Source: Candidatus Oxydemutatoraceae bacterium
GTDB taxonomy: Bacteria; Pseudomonadota; Gammaproteobacteria; Poriferisulfidales; Oxydemutatoraceae
Direction of reading: 5' to 3'
Length of the DNA: 64,000 bases
Assembly: GCA_965218975.1 (NCBI GenBank)
Contig: OZ244717.1
Span: 352,001 to 416,000, forward strand
Within the stretch, counting starts at the first letter, position 1; each line of letters begins with the position of its first letter. A model generated the notes under the pieces. That model was not told the DNA's origin. It saw nothing but the letters and a program-made list of their open reading frames with translations, and searched no databases. Of this stretch, positions 39,092 through 48,430 are shown piece by piece. The translations under genes were made by a program, and so were the position numbers.

Positions 39092-41107
39092 ATGAAACTA
39101 TTAATTCGAACGGCTACTCTTTTAATGGCCTTTGCTTTTATTCTCACCTCGACAACGCAAGCGCAAAACGCCCCGGCGGATCAAGCGGAGTTCGAGAGGC
39201 TGGTTGCAGGTATGCAGATAGAGGCTGCTGTTGGTAGCACCATGACCACACTGCAATTCCCGAATCCAGGGCGTATCCTAGAAATTAGTGAAGAAGGAAA
39301 CTTCCTTGGTAATTATCAGTACACAAATACCGGCGACAATACGGGAATGCTCACTTACACCTACGACGCGAGCGGTAACAATGCGGCTATGGAGCAAACC
39401 GAGGGTACACTCACGTTCACTTCGGCGACAATGGGAACATTCGAGAGTACCTATTTCTATGTCACAGCGAGCGAACCCCGTGTGATGAGCAGTGGCACAT
39501 TTGAAATCGTCGACGCCGAACCTCCAGCTGTGTTTGCCCCACTGGATCAAGCGGAGTTCGAGAGGCTGGTTGCAGGTATGCAGATAGAGGGGATTGATGC
39601 TCGCGGCAGCATGGGCACACTGCAATTCCCGAATCCAGGGCGTATCCTGGAAATTGTGGAAGAAGGAAACTTCTTTGGTGATTATCAGTACACAAATACC
39701 GGCGACAATACGGGAATGCTCACTTACACCTACGACGCGAGCGGTAACAATGCGGCTATGGAGCAAACCGAGGGTACACTCACGTTCACTTCGGCGACAA
39801 TGGGAACATTCGAGAGTACCTATTTCTATGTCACAGCGAGCGAACCCCGTGTGATGAGCAGTGGCACATTTGAAATCGTCGACGCCGAACCTCCAGCTGT
39901 GTTTGCCCCACTGGATCAAGCGGAGTTCGAGAGGCTGGTTGCAGGTATGCAGATAGAGGCTGCTGTTGGTAGCACCATGACCACACTGCGATTCCCGGAC
40001 TCGGGCCGTATCCTAGAAATTAGTGAAGAAGGAAACTTCCTTGGTAATTATCAGTACACAAATACCGGCGACAATACGGGAATGCTCACTTACACCTACG
40101 ACGCGAGCGGTAACAATGCGGCTATGGAGCAAACCGAGGGTACACTCACGTTCACTTCGGCGACAATGGGAACATTCGAGAGTACCTATTTCTATGTCAC
40201 AGCGAGCGAACCCCGTGTGATGAGCAGTGGCACATTTGAAATCGTCGACGCCGAACCTCCAGCTGGGTTCGCCCCGCAGGATCAAGCGGAGTTCGAGAGG
40301 CTGGTTGCAGGTATGCAGATAGAGGGGATTGATGCTCGCGGCAGCATGGGCACACTGCAATTCCCGAATCCAGGGCGTATCCTGGAAATTGAAGAAGAAG
40401 GAATCTTCCTTGGTAATTATCAGTACACAAATACCGGCGGCAATACGGGAATGCTCACTTACACCTACGACGCGACCGGTAACAATGCGGCTATGGAGCA
40501 AACCGAGACTATACTCACGTTCACTTCGGCGACAATGGGAACATTCGAGAGTACCTATTTCTATGTTGAAGCAAGCGAAACCCCCGAGGTGAACACAGGT
40601 ACATTTGAAATCGTTGCTGCTCCGGTCGCCCCGGCGACTCAAGCGGAGTTCGAGAGGCTGGTTACAGGTATGCAGATAGAGGCTGCTGTTGGTAGCACCA
40701 TGACCACACTGCGATTCCCGGACTCGGGCCGTATCCTAGAAATTAGTGAAGAAGGAAACTTCCTTGGTAATTATCAGTACACAAATACTACCGCCGTTTC
40801 CACCAGTGTAGGAAGCCTCACTTACACCTACGACGCGAGCGGTAACGATCCGGCTATGGAGTACGTCACGGTCAACCTCGTGTTCACTTCGGCGACAATG
40901 GGAGCATTCGAGAGTACCTATTTCTATGTTGAAGCAAGCGAACCCCGTGTGATGAGCAGTGGCACATTTGAAATCGTCCCTATTCCTGGTAGCAGCGGTG
41001 GCGGTGGCGGCAGCGGCAGCGCGGGTTTGTGGCTGTTATTGCTACTGCTTGCATCAGTTGTCGGCAATCGCTGTGCTCCTGTCATTTTTCGGACCGGATC
41101 ATCCTAG
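39092..41107 (+). CDS. Secreted surface protein with five ~120-aa tandem repeats and a GlyGly-CTERM-like anchor
   Basis: Signal peptide; near-identical units beginning APxxQAEFERLV; C-terminal GSSGGGGGSGSAGLWLLLLLL. Confidence 0.9.
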   Translation: MKLLIRTATLLMAFAFILTSTTQAQNAPADQAEFERLVAGMQIEAAVGSTMTTLQFPNPGRILEISEEGNFLGNYQYTNTGDNTGMLTYTYDASGNNAAMEQTEGTLTFTSATMGTFESTYFYVTASEPRVMSSGTFEIVDAEPPAVFAPLDQAEFERLVAGMQIEGIDARGSMGTLQFPNPGRILEIVEEGNFFGDYQYTNTGDNTGMLTYTYDASGNNAAMEQTEGTLTFTSATMGTFESTYFYVTASEPRVMSSGTFEIVDAEPPAVFAPLDQAEFERLVAGMQIEAAVGSTMTTLRFPDSGRILEISEEGNFLGNYQYTNTGDNTGMLTYTYDASGNNAAMEQTEGTLTFTSATMGTFESTYFYVTASEPRVMSSGTFEIVDAEPPAGFAPQDQAEFERLVAGMQIEGIDARGSMGTLQFPNPGRILEIEEEGIFLGNYQYTNTGGNTGMLTYTYDATGNNAAMEQTETILTFTSATMGTFESTYFYVEASETPEVNTGTFEIVAAPVAPATQAEFERLVTGMQIEAAVGSTMTTLRFPDSGRILEISEEGNFLGNYQYTNTTAVSTSVGSLTYTYDASGNDPAMEYVTVNLVFTSATMGAFESTYFYVEASEPRVMSSGTFEIVPIPGSSGGGGGSGSAGLWLLLLLLASVVGNRCAPVIFRTGSS

Positions 41108-41132
41108 AAGGTTGAGATATAGCGCATAAAAT

Positions 41133-41170
41133 CCGTATTGTCGCCTAGAAATAGGCGGCAATACGGTTTA
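41133..41170 (+). terminator. Rho-independent terminator-like hairpin
   Basis: CCGTATTGTCGCCTA-GAAA-TAGGCGGCAATACGG followed by TTTA. Confidence 0.75.
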
Positions 41171-41237
41171 TCAGTGTATGCTGCTTTAAGAGAGACCTGC
41201 GCAAGTGTTTTTGTGTGGGTCACTCTCGGCCGGAGGC

Positions 41238-41465
41238 AAAGTGCTTAGTCCAGGTTTGTCGGCGGGTTGTGCCGGGTTGTTGGCAAAGTACATGTCGTCC
41301 TTGACGAGACTTGGTGCTGTCAATGAACTCCAGCCCCGACGTCCTTGTCGAGTCGTTCGCCGCTGAAAACCAGTAGGTTTTCCGGGCGCGTCTCACCCAG
41401 CCCCGACGTCCTTGTCGAGTCGTTCGCCGCTGAAAACCAGTAGGTTTTCCGGGCGCGTCTCACCC
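41238..41465. repeat. Palindromic repeat cluster 4
   Basis: Two CCAGCCCCGACGTCCTTGTCGAGTCGTTCGCCGCTGAAAACC units plus GT-rich 11-mers. Confidence 0.9.
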
Positions 41466-41526
41466 TTACAAAATTTTGCGAGTCGGGTATGATTAGCATA
41501 TTGTTAAACTCGTTAGGTGAAATATT

Positions 41527-42294
41527 GTGATTGCCGTTATTTCTCCCGCAAAAACTTTAGACTTTAAAACACCTCCTTCAACCAAGATATATTCGGAACC
41601 GATCTTTTTGGATGATAGCGCCAAGCTGATACGGAGGTTGAAAAAAATGACTGTGGAAGACTTATCCGGTTTGATGGATGTAAGCGAACGAATCGCGCAG
41701 TTGAATTATGCGCGGTATCGATCATGGAACAAGCCTTTCACACCGAATAATGCAAAGCAGGCAATCCTTGCTTTCAAAGGCGACGTTTATGCCGGGCTTG
41801 ATGCTGAAAGTTTCACCAATGCCGATTTCAAGTTTGCGCAAAAACACTTGTGTATCTTGTCGGGCCTTTACGGCATTTTGCGCTCATTGGATTTAATTCA
41901 GCCGTACCGTTTGGAAATGGGAACACGTTTGGATGTCGACGGTAATAGGAATTTGTATCAATTTTGGGACAATCGTGCTACCGATTGGCTGAACGGTCTT
42001 CTGCATGTCGAGAGAAGCCCGGCGCTGATTAATCTTGCTTCCAATGAATACTTCAAATCAATTAAACTTGATAGAATCAACGCAAGAGTTGTGACTCCGG
42101 TGTTTAAGGAGCGTAGGAAAGGAGTATTCAAGGTGATTAGCTTTTCTGCGAAAAAAGCGCGCGGGATGATGAGCCGCTATATCATCAGAAATCGGCTCCG
42201 CAACATTACCGCGATTAAACAATTCTGTGAAGCAGGTTATTGCTATCACAAAAATTTATCCGGTCATGATACATGGGTATTTGCTCGCGGTTAA
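41527..42294 (+). CDS. yaaA: Peroxide stress protein YaaA (UPF0246)
   Basis: ISPAKTLDF, ILSGLYG, QPYRLEMG, NLASNEY and KKARG. Confidence 0.95.
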   Translation: MIAVISPAKTLDFKTPPSTKIYSEPIFLDDSAKLIRRLKKMTVEDLSGLMDVSERIAQLNYARYRSWNKPFTPNNAKQAILAFKGDVYAGLDAESFTNADFKFAQKHLCILSGLYGILRSLDLIQPYRLEMGTRLDVDGNRNLYQFWDNRATDWLNGLLHVERSPALINLASNEYFKSIKLDRINARVVTPVFKERRKGVFKVISFSAKKARGMMSRYIIRNRLRNITAIKQFCEAGYCYHKNLSGHDTWVFARG

Positions 42295-42348
42295 TTGATC
42301 GGAGCTTGCTAATTAGCTAATCGTAACTTTTGGGCGTCAAGCACGCAT

Positions 42349-43723
42349 GTGAAAATTTATCTGGCAGGTATTTGCGGTGCTTTTATGGCAGGGCTTGCGC
42401 GTCTAGGGCAAGAGATGGGACATATTGTCGGAGGTTGCGATGTTGCCGCTTGGCCGCCGATGAGCACCCAACTTGAGCAAATCGGTATTATTCCCGATCA
42501 AGGTTGGGATCAGGTGGAACCGGAGCAAGGTTTGGGACTGCATCATTATAGGAAATGCGTTACCGCGCGGCAATCCTTTGGTTGAAAAAGTCCTAACCGA
42601 ACGTTTGCCTTTTACTTCGGGCCCGCAATGGCTGCGCGATGAAGTTCTTACCCAACGCGAAGTTATCGCTATTTCCGGCACTCACGGCAAGACAACGACA
42701 ACCGGCATGTTAGCGTGGATTTTAGAAAACGCAGCGCTATTTCCAGGATTTTTACTCGGCGGACTAGCAAAAAAATTTTCAGCCTCGGCACGATTCGGTA
42801 AAACATCGGCGCCTTTTGTAATTGAGGCCGATGAATACGACACAGCTTTTTTCGATAAACGGCCGAAGTTTATTCATTACTACCCGCGTGTTGCGGTTTT
42901 GAATAATCTTGAGTTTGATCATGCTGATATCTACCCGGATATTCGGGCAGTTCAGCGTCAATTTCATTATTTTTTGCGTACCGTGCCGAGTGACGGGATG
43001 ATACTATATCGTGCGGCTGATTCGGTTTTGCAAGAAGTTATTAATGAAGGTGTATGGACACCGATAGAAACCTTTGGTATTGATGGCGGCGGTCTGCGGG
43101 CGGATTGGACGGCACGTTTGATCCCCGATAAAGATAGTAACCGATTCGCTGTGTTTTATCGCGGGAAGGAGCAGGGAGTCTGTCGAATGAACGCTGTCGG
43201 AAAACACAATGTTGAAAATGCGCTGGCGGCAATTGCAGCGGCCTATCACGCGCAAGTTGACGTTGCGTGTGCAATAAATGCGCTTGAGTTTTTTACCGGT
43301 GTCAGTCGCAGACTCGAAGTCGAGGCGGAAGTTTCCGGGGTCACCGTGTATAATGATTTTGCTCATCATCCGACAGCAATTGCGGCAAGTTTGCAGGCGT
43401 TAAAACAGTATGCGGCGAAAGGTCGTTTGCTTGCGGTGTTTGAACCGCGTTCCAATTCAATGAGAGCAGGTGCGCATCGTAAAGGATTAGTAACGGCGTT
43501 TGTCGATGCGGACCAGGTGTTTATGTATCAATCCGGGCGGTTAGATTGGTCGCCGGCAGAGGTATTGCCTGCGGCGCAATGCTTCACCGATACCAAAATG
43601 CTATTGGAAAGCGTTTGCGCCGAAGCACGTGACGGAGATTGCATTATTGTCATGTCAAATGGTGCTTTTGATAATTTGCCGACTCGTATCAGCGAGCGCT
43701 TATCGGCGCGAATGCCGCATTGA
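42349..43723 (+). CDS. mpl: Murein peptide ligase Mpl, split by a frameshift near 42530 (pseudogene or assembly error)
   Basis: GICGAFMAGLA...PPMSTQL in the first frame; IGNALPRGNP, SGTHGKTTT, EADEYDTAFFDK and DFAHHPTA in the second. Confidence 0.9.
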
Positions 43724-44670
43724 AAGGCGGAGACGCAAGCATGTCTAAAATGTTTGGCGTATGGCTTTGGAAAAAGATTGCAAACTGGTTGTCTCAGATC
43801 ACCATTGATGAGTTTTTATCGCCGAATGACATGAACTGTGTCATGCGGGAAATACGTGCGGGCGATGTGCTGTTGGTTGAAGGGCGCACGCGTATCGGTA
43901 ACGTTATTAAAATTATTACACGCAGTTCGTGGAGTCATGCGGCAATATGTATCGGGCGACTCGAAGAAATAAAAGATGAGAAAACTCGCGCATTGATTTT
44001 ACAGCATTATGACGGGGATACCTCAGTGCCGCTGATTATTGAAGCTGAGCTGAATAAAGGAACAGTGGTTGAACCGGTTACTTTTTATCTTTACCATCAT
44101 GTGCGAATTTGCCGTCCGGCAGGGCTCTTAAAAGAAGATGCCGACAAAATTGTCGCCTATGTTGCATCGTATCTCGGCAGTCATTACGATGTTCAACAAT
44201 TGTTTGACTTGGCGAGGTTTCTAATTCCGTGGTGGGTTGTTATTCCGCACCGTTGGCATTCGACGTTATTTGAACACAATGCCGGTATTCCGACGCGTAC
44301 TGTCTGTTCAACGATGATTGCCAGCGCATTCCGGCATGTTGATTTTCCTATATTGCCGCTAATTGAGCGATGTCCCGACGGCGGATTTAGAATGCGCCGG
44401 CGTAACCCAAAAATTTTCACGCCGCGTGATTTTGACTATTCACCATTTTTTCGTACGATCAAATGCCCGTTGTTGATAGATATGCATCACGGTTATTATC
44501 GTAAGTTACCATGGAACGATGAACAGAAAATGCATGATAAGATCAGCGATTATCTGGATTCGGCGGACGTTATTCATGTAAAAAGCGCTACCGATCCGAA
44601 CGATGAAAAATTTGGGCGACAAGATCACTCCGCCGATACGGTGCAATCCGATGAGAAACCAATCCGATGA
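43720..44670 (+). CDS. YiiX/YebB-like permuted papain-like (NlpC/P60) enzyme
   Basis: GDVLLVEG, SSWSHAA (His), VCSTMIA (Cys) and TPRDFDYSP. Confidence 0.85.
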   Translation: MKGGDASMSKMFGVWLWKKIANWLSQITIDEFLSPNDMNCVMREIRAGDVLLVEGRTRIGNVIKIITRSSWSHAAICIGRLEEIKDEKTRALILQHYDGDTSVPLIIEAELNKGTVVEPVTFYLYHHVRICRPAGLLKEDADKIVAYVASYLGSHYDVQQLFDLARFLIPWWVVIPHRWHSTLFEHNAGIPTRTVCSTMIASAFRHVDFPILPLIERCPDGGFRMRRRNPKIFTPRDFDYSPFFRTIKCPLLIDMHHGYYRKLPWNDEQKMHDKISDYLDSADVIHVKSATDPNDEKFGRQDHSADTVQSDEKPIR

Positions 44671-47129
44671 TATTTGATATCGTTTCCGAACTGATTCTAC
44701 TTGTGCTGCTTGGTATTGCTTTGCTCGGAATCATTTATCTCAAAGCAAGGCTCCCGGTTGCAGTCGCTCTGACGGTTGTTACGGTAATCGCATATAAGGC
44801 TTATTCGATACTGCCGCTGTGGTTGCATCTGATATTGTGGTTATTGATTATCGCCGGAATAACTCTATTCAACGTTCCGTTTTTGCGCCGCCAATGGGTT
44901 AGTCGATTTGTGCGTTTATATATGCAACGCAGACTCCCGCATATTTCAACCACTGAGCGTGAAGCGCTTGAGGCCGGCACGACTTGGTGGGATGCCGAAC
45001 TGTTTTCGGGCAAACCGGATTGGAATATATTTCTTGCAGGACGGAAGCCTGAGTTAAACGATGAGGAGAAATTTTTTCTGGAAGAGACAACGCAGACTTT
45101 GTGTTCCATGATTGATGACTGGAAAGTAACGACAGAGCACTATGATTTGTCGGAACCGGTGTGGGATTTTATAAAGCGGAATAAATTTTTTGGAATGGTT
45201 ATACCCAAACAATACGGCGGACTTGGGTTTTCGGCTTATGCACATTCTTGTGTAGTGCAAAAAATCGCCAGCCGTTCGGTTACCGCTGCCGTAACCGTGA
45301 TGGTGCCTAATTCTTTGGGACCCGGTATGCTGCTGCTGGAGTACGGCACCGACGAGCAGAAAAATCACTATCTACCACGTCTCGCGAGTGGTGAGGAGAT
45401 ACCATGTTTTGCATTAACAAGTGCACAATCAGGTTCGGATGCGGCAAGTATGATTGATACCGGGGTTGTATGTCGCGGAACATTTGTCGGTGAGGAGATG
45501 ATCGGTATTCGTTTGAACTGGAGCAAACGGTACATCACACTGGCGCCGATTGCGACAGTGCTTGGAATTGCATTTCATTTGTACGACCCCGACGGTCTGT
45601 TGAGCGATCAGCAAGATGTCGGTATCACGTTGGCGTTGGTCCCGTCCGGAACTCCCGGTGTTGAGGTTGGTGATCGTCATATGCCGCTAAATACACCATT
45701 TATGAACGGACCGATACGTGGTAAGGATGTATTCATTCCGGTGGATTGGCTCATCGGCGGAAAGAAATACGCAGGACAAGGATGGCGTATGTTAATGGAA
45801 TGCTTGGCCGAAGGACGCGGTATTTCATTACCTGCCTTGGCCGCCGCCGCGGCAAAGTTTGCTTGCTTTAATACGGGCGCTTATGCGCGCGTACGGAATC
45901 AATTTAAGCTCCCGATTAGCGAATTTGAGGGGGTTGCCGAACCATTATCACGAATTGCCGGAAATGCTTATTTGATGGAAGCGGTACGTAGTGTGACTGC
46001 GGCGGCGATTGATACGGGCGAGAAGCCGGCGGTTATTTCTGCAATTGCAAAATATCATTTGACCGAACGGATGCGTTCGGTTATCAACGATGCGATGGAT
46101 GTCCATGGAGGCGCCGGCATCTGTATAGGGCCGCGTAACCATATTGCACGGCTTTATCAATCTGTTCCCATTGCAATTACCGTCGAAGGGGCAAACATTC
46201 TTACACGTAGTATGATTATCTTCGGGCAAGGTGCGGCACGTTGTCATCCGTGGTTGAGTAAGGAAATGGCAGCCGCTTCGGATACCGAGAACTACACACT
46301 CGAAGATTTTGATGAAGTACTCTACGGACACATCCAAAGTATTTTACGCAATACCGCAAGATGTTTGTTCTTAGCGCTTACGAATGGGCGTTTGGCAAAA
46401 TACATTCCCTCGCATGTTCAGCTCAAAAATCATTTTCGGCAAATTTCCAGAATGTCGGCAGCGTTTGCTTTAGTATCCGACTATACCCTACTTAGGTTAA
46501 AAGGAGGTTTTAAGCGCAAGGAACATTTATCGGCTCTACTCGGCGATATGTTGAGCGCCATGTACTTGGCATCATCAACACTTAAATATTTTCACGACAA
46601 TAACTGCCTGAGCGAACAAATCGTGTTTGTTGATTGGGCAATGAAAGAATGCCGGAATTGTTTTCATGCCGCATTACTGAATTTGCTTGAAAATCTTCCT
46701 GGCGGATTGCTTAAAATAAAACTACGCTGGCTGATTTATCCGTATGGCAAGCCGAACATAACGCAGAATGAGCAGATGATCGCGCGAGTCGCCGACACAG
46801 TGAGCGAAGCATCGCCGGCACGTAAACATTTGATTAAGGGAATGTTTGTTCCGCAATCTGCCGACGAACCGCTGGCAAAATTAGAGGATGCTTTCTATAA
46901 AGTGCTTGCCGCCGAGCTGCCGGAGAAAAAATTGCGCCGAGTCCAACGTGAGAAAAATATCAAAAGCCTCAATTATGAACATTTGCTGGATATTGCCGAG
47001 ACACAAAATATTTTAACCGGTGAGGAGTTGAAGATTGTGCGTCAGGCACATCGAGCACGACTGGAAGTAATCGCGGTGGATCAATTCAATCCGGCTTACT
47101 GGCAACGTTCTTATTCGGTCAACGAATAA
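44667..47129 (+). CDS. fadE: Acyl-CoA dehydrogenase FadE
   Basis: N-terminal TMs; ISTTEREALEAG, MVPNSLGP, GRGISLP and ITVEGANILTR. Confidence 0.95.
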   Translation: MIFDIVSELILLVLLGIALLGIIYLKARLPVAVALTVVTVIAYKAYSILPLWLHLILWLLIIAGITLFNVPFLRRQWVSRFVRLYMQRRLPHISTTEREALEAGTTWWDAELFSGKPDWNIFLAGRKPELNDEEKFFLEETTQTLCSMIDDWKVTTEHYDLSEPVWDFIKRNKFFGMVIPKQYGGLGFSAYAHSCVVQKIASRSVTAAVTVMVPNSLGPGMLLLEYGTDEQKNHYLPRLASGEEIPCFALTSAQSGSDAASMIDTGVVCRGTFVGEEMIGIRLNWSKRYITLAPIATVLGIAFHLYDPDGLLSDQQDVGITLALVPSGTPGVEVGDRHMPLNTPFMNGPIRGKDVFIPVDWLIGGKKYAGQGWRMLMECLAEGRGISLPALAAAAAKFACFNTGAYARVRNQFKLPISEFEGVAEPLSRIAGNAYLMEAVRSVTAAAIDTGEKPAVISAIAKYHLTERMRSVINDAMDVHGGAGICIGPRNHIARLYQSVPIAITVEGANILTRSMIIFGQGAARCHPWLSKEMAAASDTENYTLEDFDEVLYGHIQSILRNTARCLFLALTNGRLAKYIPSHVQLKNHFRQISRMSAAFALVSDYTLLRLKGGFKRKEHLSALLGDMLSAMYLASSTLKYFHDNNCLSEQIVFVDWAMKECRNCFHAALLNLLENLPGGLLKIKLRWLIYPYGKPNITQNEQMIARVADTVSEASPARKHLIKGMFVPQSADEPLAKLEDAFYKVLAAELPEKKLRRVQREKNIKSLNYEHLLDIAETQNILTGEELKIVRQAHRARLEVIAVDQFNPAYWQRSYSVNE

Positions 47130-48430
47130 TGTCGCAAGATGAAACGCGCAGTGTCTATATCGTTGACGGCACTCGAACCCCGATACGAAAATTCCGCGGC
47201 AAACCGGGGGGTCTGACTGCGACAAACCTTGCGGTTTCAGCCGGTAATGCATTATTGATTCGTCAAACTTTTGACATGAATGCGATTGATGAAGTAATTC
47301 TCGGGTGTGTGATGCCTTTACCTAAGGAGGCGAATATTGCCAGAGTCGCGGCATTGCGGCTGGGTTTGCCGGTGCATATTCCGGCATGGACGGTACAACG
47401 TAATTGCGCTTCGGGAATGCAAGCTTTAGATAGCGCAGCGGCTCGCATCACACTCGGAGCATCGAATATCGTGCTTGCCGGCGGGGTGGAAGCGATGAGC
47501 CATGCGCCGTTGTTATTTGATTCTATGGCAGTGGCTTGGCTAGGGGAATGGCGCAACGCCCGCTCCGTTCGGCAGAAAATTCGGGCTCTTACTAAACTGC
47601 GCTTGCGATATTTCAAACCGGTTGTTTCATTATTGCGCGGACTCACCGATCCTACGGTTAATTTGTCGATGGGGCAAACTGCAGAAAACATTGTGCACCG
47701 CTTTGGCATCACTCGCGAAGCGATGGACTTGTTTGCGTACGAGAGTCATAGTCGTTTGGCACGTGCTCAGGATGAAGATGTGTTTAGTGAGGAAATCAGT
47801 CCGATCTATGATGATCAAGGGAATGTGTTTATACATGATGATGGTTTGCGTCGTGATACCGATGCGGAAAAGTTATCTGCGTTACCGGCAGTGTTTGATC
47901 GTCGATTCGGTAACGTTACCGCCGGCAATAGCGCACAAATTAGCGACGGTGCCGCTTGGTTAATCTTAGCTTCGCATGAAGCAGTGCGCAAGCATCGTCT
48001 GCCGGTGTTGGGGAAATTGTGCGCGACTCGTTGGGCGGGATTAGATCCGGCACAGATGGGTTTGGGGCCGGCTTTTGCCGTTGCGGCATTATTGTGCGAA
48101 CGGAAACTTTCACTGCAGGAAATTGACTACTGGGAGATTAATGAAGCATTTGCGGGGCAGGTGCTTGCCTGTCTTGCCGCTTGGGAAGACGAACGCTTTT
48201 GCTGCGAGCAGCTGCGGCTAACCTGCGCGCTAGGGCGATTGAATCGCACCCGCTTGAATGTTGACGGAGGAGCAATTGCCTGCGGTCATCCGGTGGGCAT
48301 GAGCGGAGCGCGAATCGTTCTGCATCTACTGCATGTATTGCGTAGAAATCAGGTAAGGCAAGGCATTGCGACAATGTGCATCGGTGGCGGACAAGGCGGT
48401 GCAATGCTAATTGAGCAACCAAATGATTGA
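47129..48430 (+). CDS. fadI: 3-ketoacyl-CoA thiolase, FadI-like
   Basis: NCASGMQA, NEAFA, GHPVGMSG and CIGGGQG. Confidence 0.88.
   Translation: MSQDETRSVYIVDGTRTPIRKFRGKPGGLTATNLAVSAGNALLIRQTFDMNAIDEVILGCVMPLPKEANIARVAALRLGLPVHIPAWTVQRNCASGMQALDSAAARITLGASNIVLAGGVEAMSHAPLLFDSMAVAWLGEWRNARSVRQKIRALTKLRLRYFKPVVSLLRGLTDPTVNLSMGQTAENIVHRFGITREAMDLFAYESHSRLARAQDEDVFSEEISPIYDDQGNVFIHDDGLRRDTDAEKLSALPAVFDRRFGNVTAGNSAQISDGAAWLILASHEAVRKHRLPVLGKLCATRWAGLDPAQMGLGPAFAVAALLCERKLSLQEIDYWEINEAFAGQVLACLAAWEDERFCCEQLRLTCALGRLNRTRLNVDGGAIACGHPVGMSGARIVLHLLHVLRRNQVRQGIATMCIGGGQGGAMLIEQPND

Noticed and set aside
39278-40642. Repeated minus-strand ORFs of about 210 aa
   Set aside because: Antisense shadows of the repeat surface protein.
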